A DNA stretch of 64,000 bases from an uncultured Holophagales bacterium (lineage in GTDB: Bacteria > Acidobacteriota > Thermoanaerobaculia > Multivoradales > UBA5704), in assembly GCA_963842525.1 (NCBI GenBank), contig CAWJGT010000001.1, positions 160,001 to 224,000 on the forward strand. Direction: 5' to 3'. Under the pieces are notes generated by a model, which saw only the letters and a program-made list of their open reading frames with translations, was not told the origin of the DNA and did not search any database. This document shows, piece by piece, positions 25,615 through 35,083 of this stretch. The translations under genes and the position numbers were made by a program. Each line of letters begins with the position of its first letter. The stretch's first letter is position 1.

Positions 25615-27660
25615 ATGCCGAACTGCGCGTCTCTCGTCGTCAATCTCGCCCTGCTTGCGTCTCCGCTGAGTGCCGCGGTGCGCCCGGTCACCGTGGGCGA
25701 TCTGATGGCTTTGCGCTCTATCGCGGACGTGCGGATCTCGCCGGACGGCCGCCAGGTCGCCTACGTGGTTTCTCAGCCGTCGTTCGAGAAGGACGAGCAC
25801 GAGGCCGTGCTCTACCTGGTGCCCGCCTCCGGCGGCACGCCGGTGCGCCTCACCTACGGCACGCGCATCTTCAACAAGCCGCGGCCAGCTCCTCAACTGC
25901 GCTGGTCGCCCGACGGCACCCAACTCTCCTTCCTCGCCTTCGCCGGCGACTTGCCTCAAGTCTTCGCCCTCGACGTGCGGGCCGGCGAAGCGCGGGCCCT
26001 CACCGCCAATCCGCAGGGCGTCTCCGACTACGTGTGGTCGCCCGACGGCACGCGGCTAGCCTACCTGGCGCCTGACGCGCCTTCGGCGGAGGAAGAGCGG
26101 CAGCGCAAGGAGAAGTCTTTCGTCATCGAGGTGGACCGCCAGGAGCGCCCGGCGCGGGTGTGGGTGCAAGACCTGGCCGGAGGCGCGGCCCGAGCCTTGA
26201 GCCCGCCGCACCACTTCGCCGCCGCCCTCGACTGGTCGCCCGACGGCGCGACCATCGCCTATGCCGCTTCGCTGCAGCCCGGCTTTGTGGGCCAGTTCCA
26301 TACACGCCTCTACGCGCTCCCCGCCTCCGGCGGCGAGCCGCGCGCGATTCGCGCAATTGTCGACCGCGACGGCGTGAACACGTCGCCTCAATACTCGCCC
26401 GACGGCCGGTGGATCGCCTTTCTCTCGACCGGCGGCCGGCCGGAGATGGTCGCGAGTTGGGAGCTCTATCTGGCGCCGGCCGAGGGCGGCGATCCGCAGC
26501 GCCTCCGGAGCCTCACGCCCGATACCTGGGTGGCCGAATTCGTTTGGGCGCCGGACAGCCGCTCGCTTTTCGTGGTGCCCAACATGAGCCCATTGCAACG
26601 CGGCGCACGCATGTTTGAGCAGCCGCTGCTCCGCGTGGGCCTGGATGGCCGCATCGCGGAGCTGCATCCGGGCCCATTCGTCGATTTTTCGCCCTCGCTG
26701 AGCCGCGACGGGCGGCGGATTGCGTTCCGGTCGGTCGAAGCGGCGACCATGGGCGACGTCTTCGTCCTCGATCTCGGCGATCGGAATGATCGGGACGGTC
26801 GCACGCCGCGGCGTCTGACCGAGGTGAACCCGGAGCTCCGGGAGCTGGCGCTGGGGAAGCTTGAGCCCGTCCACTGGACCTCCTTCGACGGCATGGAGAT
26901 CTGGGGTCTGCTGCTCACGCCGCCCGGCACCGGCGGTCTCCGGGACCGCCTGCCGCTGGTGGTCTACGTACACGGCGGCCCGGGCGGCGGCTTCACCTAT
27001 GGGATGTTCCCGCAGTTCATGCACTCCGTGGGACAAGTGGAGCCTTATCCGCTCCAGGCCATGGCGAGCGCCGGGATGGCGGTCCTGCTCCCCATGCCGC
27101 GCGGCGGCGCGGGATACGGCGAGGCCGGCCTCCGCATGATCAAGAACGGCTGGGGCGAAGGCGACTACCGGGACATCATGGCCGGCGTCGACCACCTGGT
27201 GAAGGAGGGCGTGGCTGATCCCGACCGCCTGGGCGTGATGGGCGCCTCCTACGGCGGCTACATGACGGACTGGATCGTCACCCAGACGAGCCGCTTCAAG
27301 GCGGCCTCCGCGATGTGCAGCATCAGCGACCTCGCCGACCTCTACTACCTCTCCGACGGCGGGGACGCCACCGAGGAGTACTTCGGCCTGCCCTGGGAAG
27401 CGCCGGAGGCCTATGCGCGGCATTCGGCCATCACCTACGTCTCCAGGGTCACGACGCCGCTGCTCATCCAGCACGGCGAGAACGACCGCCGCGTGCCGAT
27501 CGCGGGAGCCACCAAGTTTTACAAGGCCCTCAAGAACCAGGGAAAGATCGTGGAGATGGAGATCTACCCCCGCGGCGGGCACGTCATCTACGAGCCCGAC
27601 CTCCAGCAGGAGATCATGCGCCGCAACCTCGAATGGTTCCAGCGGTGGCTCCGGCCCTGA
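25615..27660 (+). CDS. S9-family (prolyl oligopeptidase / acylaminoacyl) peptidase
   Basis: Signal-like N-terminus, 'WSPDG' propeller repeats, 'HGGP', 'GASYGG', 'HGENDRRVP', catalytic His in 'GGH'. Confidence 0.92.
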   Translation: MPNCASLVVNLALLASPLSAAVRPVTVGDLMALRSIADVRISPDGRQVAYVVSQPSFEKDEHEAVLYLVPASGGTPVRLTYGTRIFNKPRPAPQLRWSPDGTQLSFLAFAGDLPQVFALDVRAGEARALTANPQGVSDYVWSPDGTRLAYLAPDAPSAEEERQRKEKSFVIEVDRQERPARVWVQDLAGGAARALSPPHHFAAALDWSPDGATIAYAASLQPGFVGQFHTRLYALPASGGEPRAIRAIVDRDGVNTSPQYSPDGRWIAFLSTGGRPEMVASWELYLAPAEGGDPQRLRSLTPDTWVAEFVWAPDSRSLFVVPNMSPLQRGARMFEQPLLRVGLDGRIAELHPGPFVDFSPSLSRDGRRIAFRSVEAATMGDVFVLDLGDRNDRDGRTPRRLTEVNPELRELALGKLEPVHWTSFDGMEIWGLLLTPPGTGGLRDRLPLVVYVHGGPGGGFTYGMFPQFMHSVGQVEPYPLQAMASAGMAVLLPMPRGGAGYGEAGLRMIKNGWGEGDYRDIMAGVDHLVKEGVADPDRLGVMGASYGGYMTDWIVTQTSRFKAASAMCSISDLADLYYLSDGGDATEEYFGLPWEAPEAYARHSAITYVSRVTTPLLIQHGENDRRVPIAGATKFYKALKNQGKIVEMEIYPRGGHVIYEPDLQQEIMRRNLEWFQRWLRP

Positions 27661-27672
27661 GGCCAGCGCACC

Positions 27673-28752
27673 TTACTGTCCTGCGCGGCGGCCGGCTCGC
27701 TGCTGATAGGCCGCGCGGAGGGCCTCGACGAGCCGGTCGTCCACCAGGCCGCGCGGGTTGCCCTCGAAGACGAGGTTGTGGTCCTTGCGGAAGGCGTCGA
27801 CCGCATCCATCGTGGCGGCGTCATAGAGGCCGAAGTCCTTCATGTAGCTCTCCAAGGCTCGGCGCCGCTCGTCGATCTCCTTCTGGTAGCGCTCGGGGTC
27901 GCTGCGCTGGAGCGCCGGGTCCGCCCGTACGACCGGCTCGCGAGGAAATTCCGCGAGGTCCTTCCGCCAGTAGCCGAGGGCGTGGAGCATCCGCTTCAGC
28001 TCGACGACGTCGCGGCCCTGGATCTCCGAGAAGGTCCGGTAGCCCAACCGCCGCTGCGTCGTCCAGTAGATCCGGCGCAGCTCCGCGACCGGATCGGGGC
28101 TCTCGCCGACGTCGATCGAGACGCTCAGGTGGTCGCCGCCGCGGCCGGGGTCGTTGGGGTCCGCGACACGCAGCGCCGCCGACTGAAGGAGCCCCCAGCG
28201 CCGGTCGCCGCCTTTCTCCTGGCCTGCTGCGAGCGCCAGGATCAGCCGCTCGGCGAGCGGCATGCCGGTGCCCTCGGTGCTCTCGAAGTGGTCTGCCACC
28301 GCGTCGATGACCTCGCGTCCGACAAGGATGTTGCCCTGGACCGTGTAGTTGCGCCCCTGGCGGCTCCCAGCCCACGCGCCGTTCTCCGTGCCGGTATGGG
28401 CGGCGGTGCGGCCCTGCATGTCGATCATGCCGAGCTGCCGGCGCTCGCGCCCCTTGTCGTCGGCGAGGAGCCGCTCGATCGCCTCGCGCGGCGCCACACC
28501 CTGCTCGAGCAGGTCGAGCCCCTGCCGGCCGTACTCGACCACGGTCCAGGACTGCGTCGCAACGGCACCGACTCCCGCGCGCGCCCAGGGTACGGCGCGG
28601 CCGACGAAGGGCACACGAGTCGTGACGATCACGCCGGCTTCGCCGGTGGCCGGGTCGATGGCGCATAGGGAGAAGGTGGCCTGCGCGGCGCGCGGCGCCA
28701 AGCCGAGGACCAGCAGGAGCGACAGGGTGATGCGTTGGAGAGTCACAGCCAT
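27673..28752 (-). CDS. DUF1028 (Ntn-hydrolase-like) secreted protein with a peptidoglycan-binding-like tail
   Basis: Signal peptide followed by 'TFSLCAIDP…GVGAVATQS', 'QGNIL', 'GGDRR…QSAAL'. Confidence 0.85.
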   Translation of the reverse strand: MAVTLQRITLSLLLVLGLAPRAAQATFSLCAIDPATGEAGVIVTTRVPFVGRAVPWARAGVGAVATQSWTVVEYGRQGLDLLEQGVAPREAIERLLADDKGRERRQLGMIDMQGRTAAHTGTENGAWAGSRQGRNYTVQGNILVGREVIDAVADHFESTEGTGMPLAERLILALAAGQEKGGDRRWGLLQSAALRVADPNDPGRGGDHLSVSIDVGESPDPVAELRRIYWTTQRRLGYRTFSEIQGRDVVELKRMLHALGYWRKDLAEFPREPVVRADPALQRSDPERYQKEIDERRRALESYMKDFGLYDAATMDAVDAFRKDHNLVFEGNPRGLVDDRLVEALRAAYQQRAGRRAGQ

Positions 28753-28790
28753 CAGGGACCTCCTCGGCAACGGGCTGGGATTTCGGGCAC

Positions 28791-29063
28791 TCAAGCTTTG
28801 ACGAGGGAGCCGCGAGGTGCGGGAGCCCCGCGCAAAAGGCCCTCGGTCGAGAGGTCCTCGTCTATCGCAGGCCAGTGAATGCCATAGCCGCCACCGCTGA
28901 TCTGCCAATCCTGGCGCTGCTCGACCGAGGCATGGAGCAGTCGCGGGAACCAAGCGAGGGGCGTGGTGATGGCACGCCCATCCATCAGCTCGACGGTGAA
29001 GGAATCCTCCGAAAAGGAGATGTCGCGGACTCGCTCGTCAGCTCTTATCGCCATGATGCCCAT
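28791..29063 (-). CDS. DUF2442 protein (putative antitoxin)
   Basis: 'L.DGR.I..PLAWFPRL…GIHWPAIDEDLS.EGLL'. Confidence 0.85.
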   Translation of the reverse strand: MGIMAIRADERVRDISFSEDSFTVELMDGRAITTPLAWFPRLLHASVEQRQDWQISGGGYGIHWPAIDEDLSTEGLLRGAPAPRGSLVKA

Positions 29064-29280
29064 GCCATGCCTCCAGAAATGTACCCTGCCTTGCTGCTAC
29101 GATCCGTTCGATGTCGCGAAGCTCGTGGGCCTTGAATCCCAGGTTCCGAGCGAGCACCACCGGGCTGAGCCAGAACTTCGCAGAAAAGTCGTCTCTGTCA
29201 ACATGAACATGAGGCGGCTCATTCGGCTCATGGCTGTGGAAGTAGAAGCGATAGGGTCCGTCCCTCAGGATCGTCGGCAT
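29038..29280 (-). CDS. DUF4160 protein (putative toxin)
   Basis: 'MPTILRDGPYRFYFHSHEPNEPPHVHV…AKFWL'; overlaps the DUF2442 gene. Confidence 0.85.
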   Translation of the reverse strand: MPTILRDGPYRFYFHSHEPNEPPHVHVDRDDFSAKFWLSPVVLARNLGFKAHELRDIERIVAARQGTFLEAWHGHHGDKS

Positions 29281-29352
29281 CGAGAGAGTTATCTTACTAC
29301 GTTCTCTTTGGCCTACGGGAGCATCATCCCAGCCCTGCCCACAGGGCAGCCA

Positions 29353-29849
29353 CTCACTCCCACGGAATATCCGGCATCCGCAACCGCTCGACCTGCCGCC
29401 CCTCTCCCAAAACGGTGGCCTGCAGGATCTCCTCGACATCCTCGACGGTCACCTGCCGGTACCAAAGGTTGTAGGGCCAGACGGCGACCGTGATGCCCTG
29501 GCTGCAGTGCTTGAGGCAGCCGGTGCGGTTGACCATGACGCGGCCGCGGATGCCCAGCTCCTTCACCCGGTCCTTGAAGCGATGGTAGACGTCCATCGAG
29601 CCGCGCGGGCCGCAGCTCGGCTTGGCGGAGCCCGGGGGACGCTCGTTGGTGCAGACGAGGATCTGGATCTGGGGCTTGGGCATGGCGGGATCATACCGGA
29701 GGGGCGGTTCGGTATGATCGCGGCCTGGAGGGACTCTTGCCCAGCCGATTCGCTCTCGCCCTGCTGGCGCTCTGCGCGCCGGCGACGCTCCTCGCTTTCT
29801 GCGTGGATGCCGCGCCTCTGCGGTGGATCGCGGCGCTGGCGGTCTTTCC
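29353..29849. repeat. ~500-bp diverged direct repeat, copy 1 (copy 2 at 34294-34796)
   Basis: Both copies contain the ferredoxin gene, the intergenic region and the 5' part of the membrane-protein gene. Confidence 0.9.
29354..29683 (-). CDS. Thioredoxin-like [2Fe-2S] ferredoxin
   Basis: 'ILVCTNER…SC…RTGCLKHC…WY'. Confidence 0.88.
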   Translation of the reverse strand: MPKPQIQILVCTNERPPGSAKPSCGPRGSMDVYHRFKDRVKELGIRGRVMVNRTGCLKHCSQGITVAVWPYNLWYRQVTVEDVEEILQATVLGEGRQVERLRMPDIPWE

Positions 29850-29901
29850 TGTGATCTCCATGGACCTGTCGGTCGTCTGAGACACTAATACAGCTTGCGC
29901 C

Positions 29902-32900
29902 ATGGCCAAGATCTTCATCAGCCATTCCAGTGTCGACAATGCTGCGGCCTTGGCGGTCGCGCAATGGCTTGCTGAGAACGGTTGGGACGACTTCTTCCTC
30001 GACATCGAGCCTGCCCGGGGTCTGTCGCCGGGCGAGCGGTGGCAGGAAGCGCTCAAGGCCGCCTCGGACCGTTGCGAAGCGGTGCTCTGCCTGATCTCGC
30101 CCGCTTGGCGCGATTCGCCGTGGTGCATTGCTGAACTCTTTTTCGCGAAGCAGCTTGGCAAGGCCATCTTCGGCGCGTTTATCGAGCCTACGCCGCTGGA
30201 GAGCCTGCCGCGGGAGATGACCGCCGAGTGGCAGTTCTGTGACTTGGTCGAGGGCTCTGCCCGCCGTGTCTTCCAGGTCTGCTCGGACCCCGTCGTTCCT
30301 GCGACCGAGGTCTCGTTCGCCGTTCCAGGCTTCGAGCGCCTCAAGCGTGGCTTGCAGAGGGCGGGCCTCGATGCGGCGACCTTCCCCTGGCCTCCGCCTG
30401 GCGATCCGGACCGCGCGCCCTACCGCGGCTTCAAGGCGCTGGCGGCGGAGGACGCGGCAGTGTTCTTCGGCCGCGAGGCGGACATGGTGCGCGGGCTCGA
30501 CAGCCTGCGCCGGCTGCGCGAGCGGGATGTCGAGCGGATGCTCGTCCTCCTCGGCGCATCCGGGGCGGGGAAGTCCTCGTTTCTGCGGGCGGGACTGTGG
30601 CCGCGCCTCGGCCGCGACGACCGCCGCTTTCTTCCGCTCCCAGTCATCCGGCCGGAGAGGGCCGTCATCGCCGGTCCCTCCGGTCTGGCCGCGAGTCTCG
30701 AAGCCGCCTTCCGCAGACTGAAGCAAGCCCGCAGTCGCGCCGGCATCCGATCGGTGCTGGCCGAGCCGGGAGGGTTGGATCGCCTCCTCGCCGAGCTGCA
30801 ATCGCTCGCCAGCCACCGGCTCGGTCCCGACGCTCCTCCGCCTACCGTGGTCCTCGGGATCGATCAAGCGGAGGAGATGCTCAGCGCGGAGGGGCGGGCG
30901 GAGGCGGAAACCTTTCTGTCCCTGCTCGCACGAGCGCTCGACCCGGCGGGGAGACGTGTGATGGCTGTCCTCGCCATCCGTTCCGACTCCTTCGAGCGGC
31001 TGCAGGCCGAGCCGCTCCTGGCGCGCGCCCAGTGGGCCCTATTCGATCTCCGGCCTCTGGCCCGGGCTGAATATAAAGCGGTCGTCGAAGGGCCGGCCGC
31101 CCGGGCCACCGCCGCCGGGCGGCCGCTGCGCATCGATCCGGAGCTAATTGAACGCCTCCTCGGCGAGGCGGAAGGCGCCGATGCGCTGCCGCTCCTGGCC
31201 TTCACCCTGGAGCGGCTGTTCGTCGAGCATGGGGGGGACGGTGCGCTGAACCTCCCGGAGTACGAGGCCCTGGGCGGTCTCCGCGGCTCTATTGAGGAGG
31301 TAGTCAAGGCCGCCTTCGCCGAGCCCGGGCGCGAGCCCGCCATCCCGGCGGATGAGGCGGAGCGCACACGGCGATTGAAGGAAGGCTTCATCCCCTGGCT
31401 AGCCCGCATCGATCCCGACACCGAGGAGCGCAAACGCCGCGTTGCCCGCAGGGAGGAGTTGCCAGCGGAGTCCCGTCCCCTGATCGAGCGGCTCATCACA
31501 GCGCGCCTTCTCCTCAGTGATCGGCGCAGGGTCGGGGGCCACGACGGCGAAGTGGTGATCGTCGAGGTGGCGCACGAGGCGCTGCTGCGCCAGTGGCCCA
31601 CGCTCACCGCATGGCTCGACGAGGACGCCGCCGAGTTGAAGGCTCTGGAAGCGACGAGGCGGGCGGCCGGCGAGTGGAGGAAGAACGGAGACAAGGCTGA
31701 TTGGCTCACCCACACTGGTGATCGGCTTCGAGCAGCCGAGGTCCTGCGCCAGCGTCCGGACTTCGACCGCCTTCTTGGAGAGGAGGGGAGAGCCTATCTC
31801 AAAGCCTGCCGCCGGCGCGACGACCAACTACAGGAGGAACGGGAAATACAAGCGCGCCGCGTTGCTCGGGCGCAGCGCCGCACGTGGGTACTCCAGGCCC
31901 TCATCACAGTCATTATCCTCTGCGCTGCCATCTCGATCGTCAACCAGACGCGAAGGGTGGCGCGCCAGACCTCTTTGGTACTGGCTGCCAATGCCCTGGC
32001 GGCGAACGACGCCGGTCATCACGATCGGGCCCTGCGCCTGGCGGTCCTCGCTGCGCACGAAGGCTGGCTTTCCCCCGCGGCACCGGAGGCCGAAGCGCAA
32101 CTCGCCCGGGCAGCGCACGCATCCTCGTTGATAGCGCAGACCCGGCACATTGTCGGGGTAGACTCAGCGTCATTCAGTCCCGACGGCCGGTGGGTGGTGA
32201 GCGCCTCCTCGGACAGCGCGCGCGTGTGGGACGCGGCGACGGGAAAGGTCGTCTTCGAGGTTAACGCCGATGTTATGAATTCGATTTCGACCGCATTCTT
32301 GAGTCCTGATGGCCGGCGAGTGGTGAGCAGCTCTTTTCTCGGCGCGGTGCGTGTTTGGGACGCGGCAACGGGGAAGGCCCTCTCCGAGGTGAAAAACGCC
32401 GACGGGAGGCCCCTCTCGTTCAGTCTGGACGGGCGCCGGGGGGTCAGCGCCTCTTTAGACGGCACAGTGCGTGTGTGGGATGCGGCGACGGGCCAGACCT
32501 TTGCCGAAGTGAAGCACGAAAAGTTGGTAAAAGTGGCTTCGTTCAGCCGGGACGGGTCTCGGGTGGTCAGCGCTTCTTTAGACGGCATAGTGCGTGTGTG
32601 GGACGCGGCGACGGGCAAGACCTTTACCGAAATGAGGCACGATAAGTTGGTAACCTCCGTTTCGTTCAGTCGAGACGGGTCTCAGGTGGTCAGCGCTTCT
32701 TTGGACGGCACGGTGCGGGTATGGGCCGCCACAACGGGGAAAGTCCTCAGCGAGGTGCGTTACCATGGGACGAGCACCTTCGCCTTTTTCAGTCCGGATG
32801 GGTCTCGGGTAGTCGGCGCTTCAGAAGATGGCACAGTGCGGATATGGGATGCGGCAACGGGAGAGCCCTTGGCTGAGGTGAAGCATGATGGAAGCGTGAG

Positions 32901-34203
32901 CGCCGCATCGTTTAGCCTGGACGGTCGGTGGGTGGTCAGTGCTTCTGAGGATGGGGCGGTACGTGTGTGGGATGCGTCAACGGGAAGGACCCTGATCGAG
33001 GTAAAGCATGATGCGAGGGTAAACTCCGCATCGTTCAGCCCGGACGGGAAGTGGGTAGTCAGTGCTTCTGAGGATGGTACGGCGTGTGTGTGGAGTGCGT
33101 CGCCGGGGAGTCCCCTGGCCGAGGTGAAGAACTCTTCCGCAATGCTGTCGGTGACGTTCAGTCCGGACGGCAGGAGCGTGGTAAGTGGCTCCGATGACGG
33201 CACTGTGCGTGTGTGGGACGTGGTGACGAGGAAGCCCTTGGCCGAGGTGAAGAACTCTTCCGCAGTGCTTTCTGTGTCGGTCAGTCCAGATGGCCAAAGG
33301 GTAGTTAGCGGCGCCAATGACGGCACTGTGCATTTCTGGGACAGGTCGAGACATTCCCTTCGCGAAGCGAAGCACGAGAAGAGAGTGGGTTCTGTCTCTT
33401 TCAGCCCGGATGGCCAATGGGTGGTCAGCGCGGCTGCTTTCGGCACTGTGCGCGTGTTGGATGCAGAGACGGGAAAGTCCATCGCCGAAAACAGGAACCG
33501 GGATTTATTGTTGGTTCGAGCGTTCGCATCGTTTAGTCCAGATGGGCGGCGGGTGGTCAGCGCCGCTGCTTTCGGCACTATGCGTGTGTGGGACGCTAGC
33601 CAGTCCAATGGACAAAGGCAGGCCGACCTGCTGTTAGGCGGGAATGGCCCATCGTCCAGAGGGGGGATAGCCTCACCGATCGATCCAGTGATTTCTGCGG
33701 CGTTCAGCCTGGATGGCCTGAGGATCCTCGGTGTCACCAAGAAAGGTAGAGTGGGCGTGTGGGACGCTGGCGCGGGGAGACTCATTGCCGAAGTGAAAAA
33801 CGACGCTCAAGTGTCCTCCGCGACCCTCAGTCGTGACAATCGAAGAGTGGTTGGCGTGTTTGACGCTTTCGCGAGAATTTGGGACGCTGCCACTGGGCAG
33901 ACCCTCACCGAAATGAAGCACGAACATGAGGTGAATACTGCGTCGTTCAGTCTGGACGGTCGTAGGTTAGTCACTGCTTCGGAGGATCGCACCGCAAGGG
34001 TATGGAACACCCAGTGGCTTGCGCTTCACGGGCAGAATCTAATCGATGCCGTTTGCCGGGAAAAGCTGAACGGTGCGAAAGTCCTCTCATCTCGAGACAT
34101 CGAAGTAGCACCTGTTCTCCGTGGCCGAGAAGGCAAAGAGGTCTGCGCGCCCGCTACCTGGCTAGACCGTCTGAGAGGCTTTCTTGGCGAGCGCACCCAC
34201 TGA
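29902..34203 (+). CDS. TIR – STAND (nSTAND1-like) NTPase – TM – WD40-repeat protein
   Basis: 'KIFISHSS…SPWCIAE' (TIR); 'PYRGF..L…FFGRE', 'GASGAGKSS', 'IDQAEE', 'VAHEALLRQW'; one TM helix; more than 10 'FSPDG..VVSAS.DG.VRVWD' repeats. Confidence 0.92.
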   Translation: MAKIFISHSSVDNAAALAVAQWLAENGWDDFFLDIEPARGLSPGERWQEALKAASDRCEAVLCLISPAWRDSPWCIAELFFAKQLGKAIFGAFIEPTPLESLPREMTAEWQFCDLVEGSARRVFQVCSDPVVPATEVSFAVPGFERLKRGLQRAGLDAATFPWPPPGDPDRAPYRGFKALAAEDAAVFFGREADMVRGLDSLRRLRERDVERMLVLLGASGAGKSSFLRAGLWPRLGRDDRRFLPLPVIRPERAVIAGPSGLAASLEAAFRRLKQARSRAGIRSVLAEPGGLDRLLAELQSLASHRLGPDAPPPTVVLGIDQAEEMLSAEGRAEAETFLSLLARALDPAGRRVMAVLAIRSDSFERLQAEPLLARAQWALFDLRPLARAEYKAVVEGPAARATAAGRPLRIDPELIERLLGEAEGADALPLLAFTLERLFVEHGGDGALNLPEYEALGGLRGSIEEVVKAAFAEPGREPAIPADEAERTRRLKEGFIPWLARIDPDTEERKRRVARREELPAESRPLIERLITARLLLSDRRRVGGHDGEVVIVEVAHEALLRQWPTLTAWLDEDAAELKALEATRRAAGEWRKNGDKADWLTHTGDRLRAAEVLRQRPDFDRLLGEEGRAYLKACRRRDDQLQEEREIQARRVARAQRRTWVLQALITVIILCAAISIVNQTRRVARQTSLVLAANALAANDAGHHDRALRLAVLAAHEGWLSPAAPEAEAQLARAAHASSLIAQTRHIVGVDSASFSPDGRWVVSASSDSARVWDAATGKVVFEVNADVMNSISTAFLSPDGRRVVSSSFLGAVRVWDAATGKALSEVKNADGRPLSFSLDGRRGVSASLDGTVRVWDAATGQTFAEVKHEKLVKVASFSRDGSRVVSASLDGIVRVWDAATGKTFTEMRHDKLVTSVSFSRDGSQVVSASLDGTVRVWAATTGKVLSEVRYHGTSTFAFFSPDGSRVVGASEDGTVRIWDAATGEPLAEVKHDGSVSAASFSLDGRWVVSASEDGAVRVWDASTGRTLIEVKHDARVNSASFSPDGKWVVSASEDGTACVWSASPGSPLAEVKNSSAMLSVTFSPDGRSVVSGSDDGTVRVWDVVTRKPLAEVKNSSAVLSVSVSPDGQRVVSGANDGTVHFWDRSRHSLREAKHEKRVGSVSFSPDGQWVVSAAAFGTVRVLDAETGKSIAENRNRDLLLVRAFASFSPDGRRVVSAAAFGTMRVWDASQSNGQRQADLLLGGNGPSSRGGIASPIDPVISAAFSLDGLRILGVTKKGRVGVWDAGAGRLIAEVKNDAQVSSATLSRDNRRVVGVFDAFARIWDAATGQTLTEMKHEHEVNTASFSLDGRRLVTASEDRTARVWNTQWLALHGQNLIDAVCREKLNGAKVLSSRDIEVAPVLRGREGKEVCAPATWLDRLRGFLGERTH

Positions 34204-34294
34204 GCGCCGTTTCAAAACCTTGAGGCGGCGACATACCGGATGTCGGCGGGTAGCGAGAACAAGTCGCGAAGGGTCGTCGGGCACTATGCCGGCC

Positions 34295-34623
34295 TCACTC
34301 CCACGGGATATCCGGCATCCGCAGCCGCTCGACCTCCCGCCCCTCTCCCAGGACGGTCGTCTGCAAGATGTCCTCGACATCCTCGACGGTGACCTGCCGG
34401 TACCACAGGTTGTAGGGCCAGACGGCGACCGTGATGCCCTGGCTGCAGTGCTTGAGGCAGCCGGTGCGGTTGACCATGACGTGGTCGCGGATGCCCAGCT
34501 CTTTCACCCGGTCCTTGAAGCGGTGGTAGACGTCTATCGAGCCGCGCGGGCCGCAGCTCGGCTTGGCCGAGCTCGGGGGCGCTCGTTGGTGCAGACGAGG
34601 ATCTGGATCTGGGGCTTCGGCAT
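34295..34623 (-). pseudogene. Second ferredoxin copy with a 1-nt frameshift (real or sequencing error)
   Basis: Near-identical to 29354-29683 but one base shorter around 34570-34578. Confidence 0.7.
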
Positions 34624-34677
34624 GGCGGGATCATATCCGAGCGGGTCCGGTAGAATGCCCGGGCCTGGAGACGCCCC

Positions 34678-35082
34678 TTGCCCAGCCGCTTCGCCCTTAC
34701 GCTGCTGGCGCTCTGCGCGCCGGCGACCCTGCTCGCGTTCTGCGTGGACGCCGCGCCCCTGCGGTGGATCGCGGGACTGGCGGTCGCGGTCTTTCCAGCG
34801 GCCCTCATGGCCCTGGGCGCCGGCAGCCGGCCGCGCTGGCTGCCGGCGGTTTTCATCCTCCTGGGGATCCTCCTGGCGACGGGTTTCCTGCTCCTTCTTG
34901 CGTTGCCCCGGGGGGGACCCGACGTGGGCGGGCTCCCGCTCGGCACCGCGCTGATGCTGTTCGGGTTGGTCCCGGTCCCCTTCGCCCTTGCCTGTTGGGC
35001 CTATATCGCCGGCTTCGATCGCTGGCTGCGGGACGAGGACCTGGAGCGGCTCCGCCGGCTGCGCGACGGTGGGGAGGCCTGA
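34678..35082 (+). CDS. Small membrane protein (possible symporter accessory subunit)
   Basis: About four hydrophobic segments; lies directly upstream of the SSS symporter. Confidence 0.7.
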   Translation: MPSRFALTLLALCAPATLLAFCVDAAPLRWIAGLAVAVFPAALMALGAGSRPRWLPAVFILLGILLATGFLLLLALPRGGPDVGGLPLGTALMLFGLVPVPFALACWAYIAGFDRWLRDEDLERLRRLRDGGEA

Positions 35083-35083
35083 C

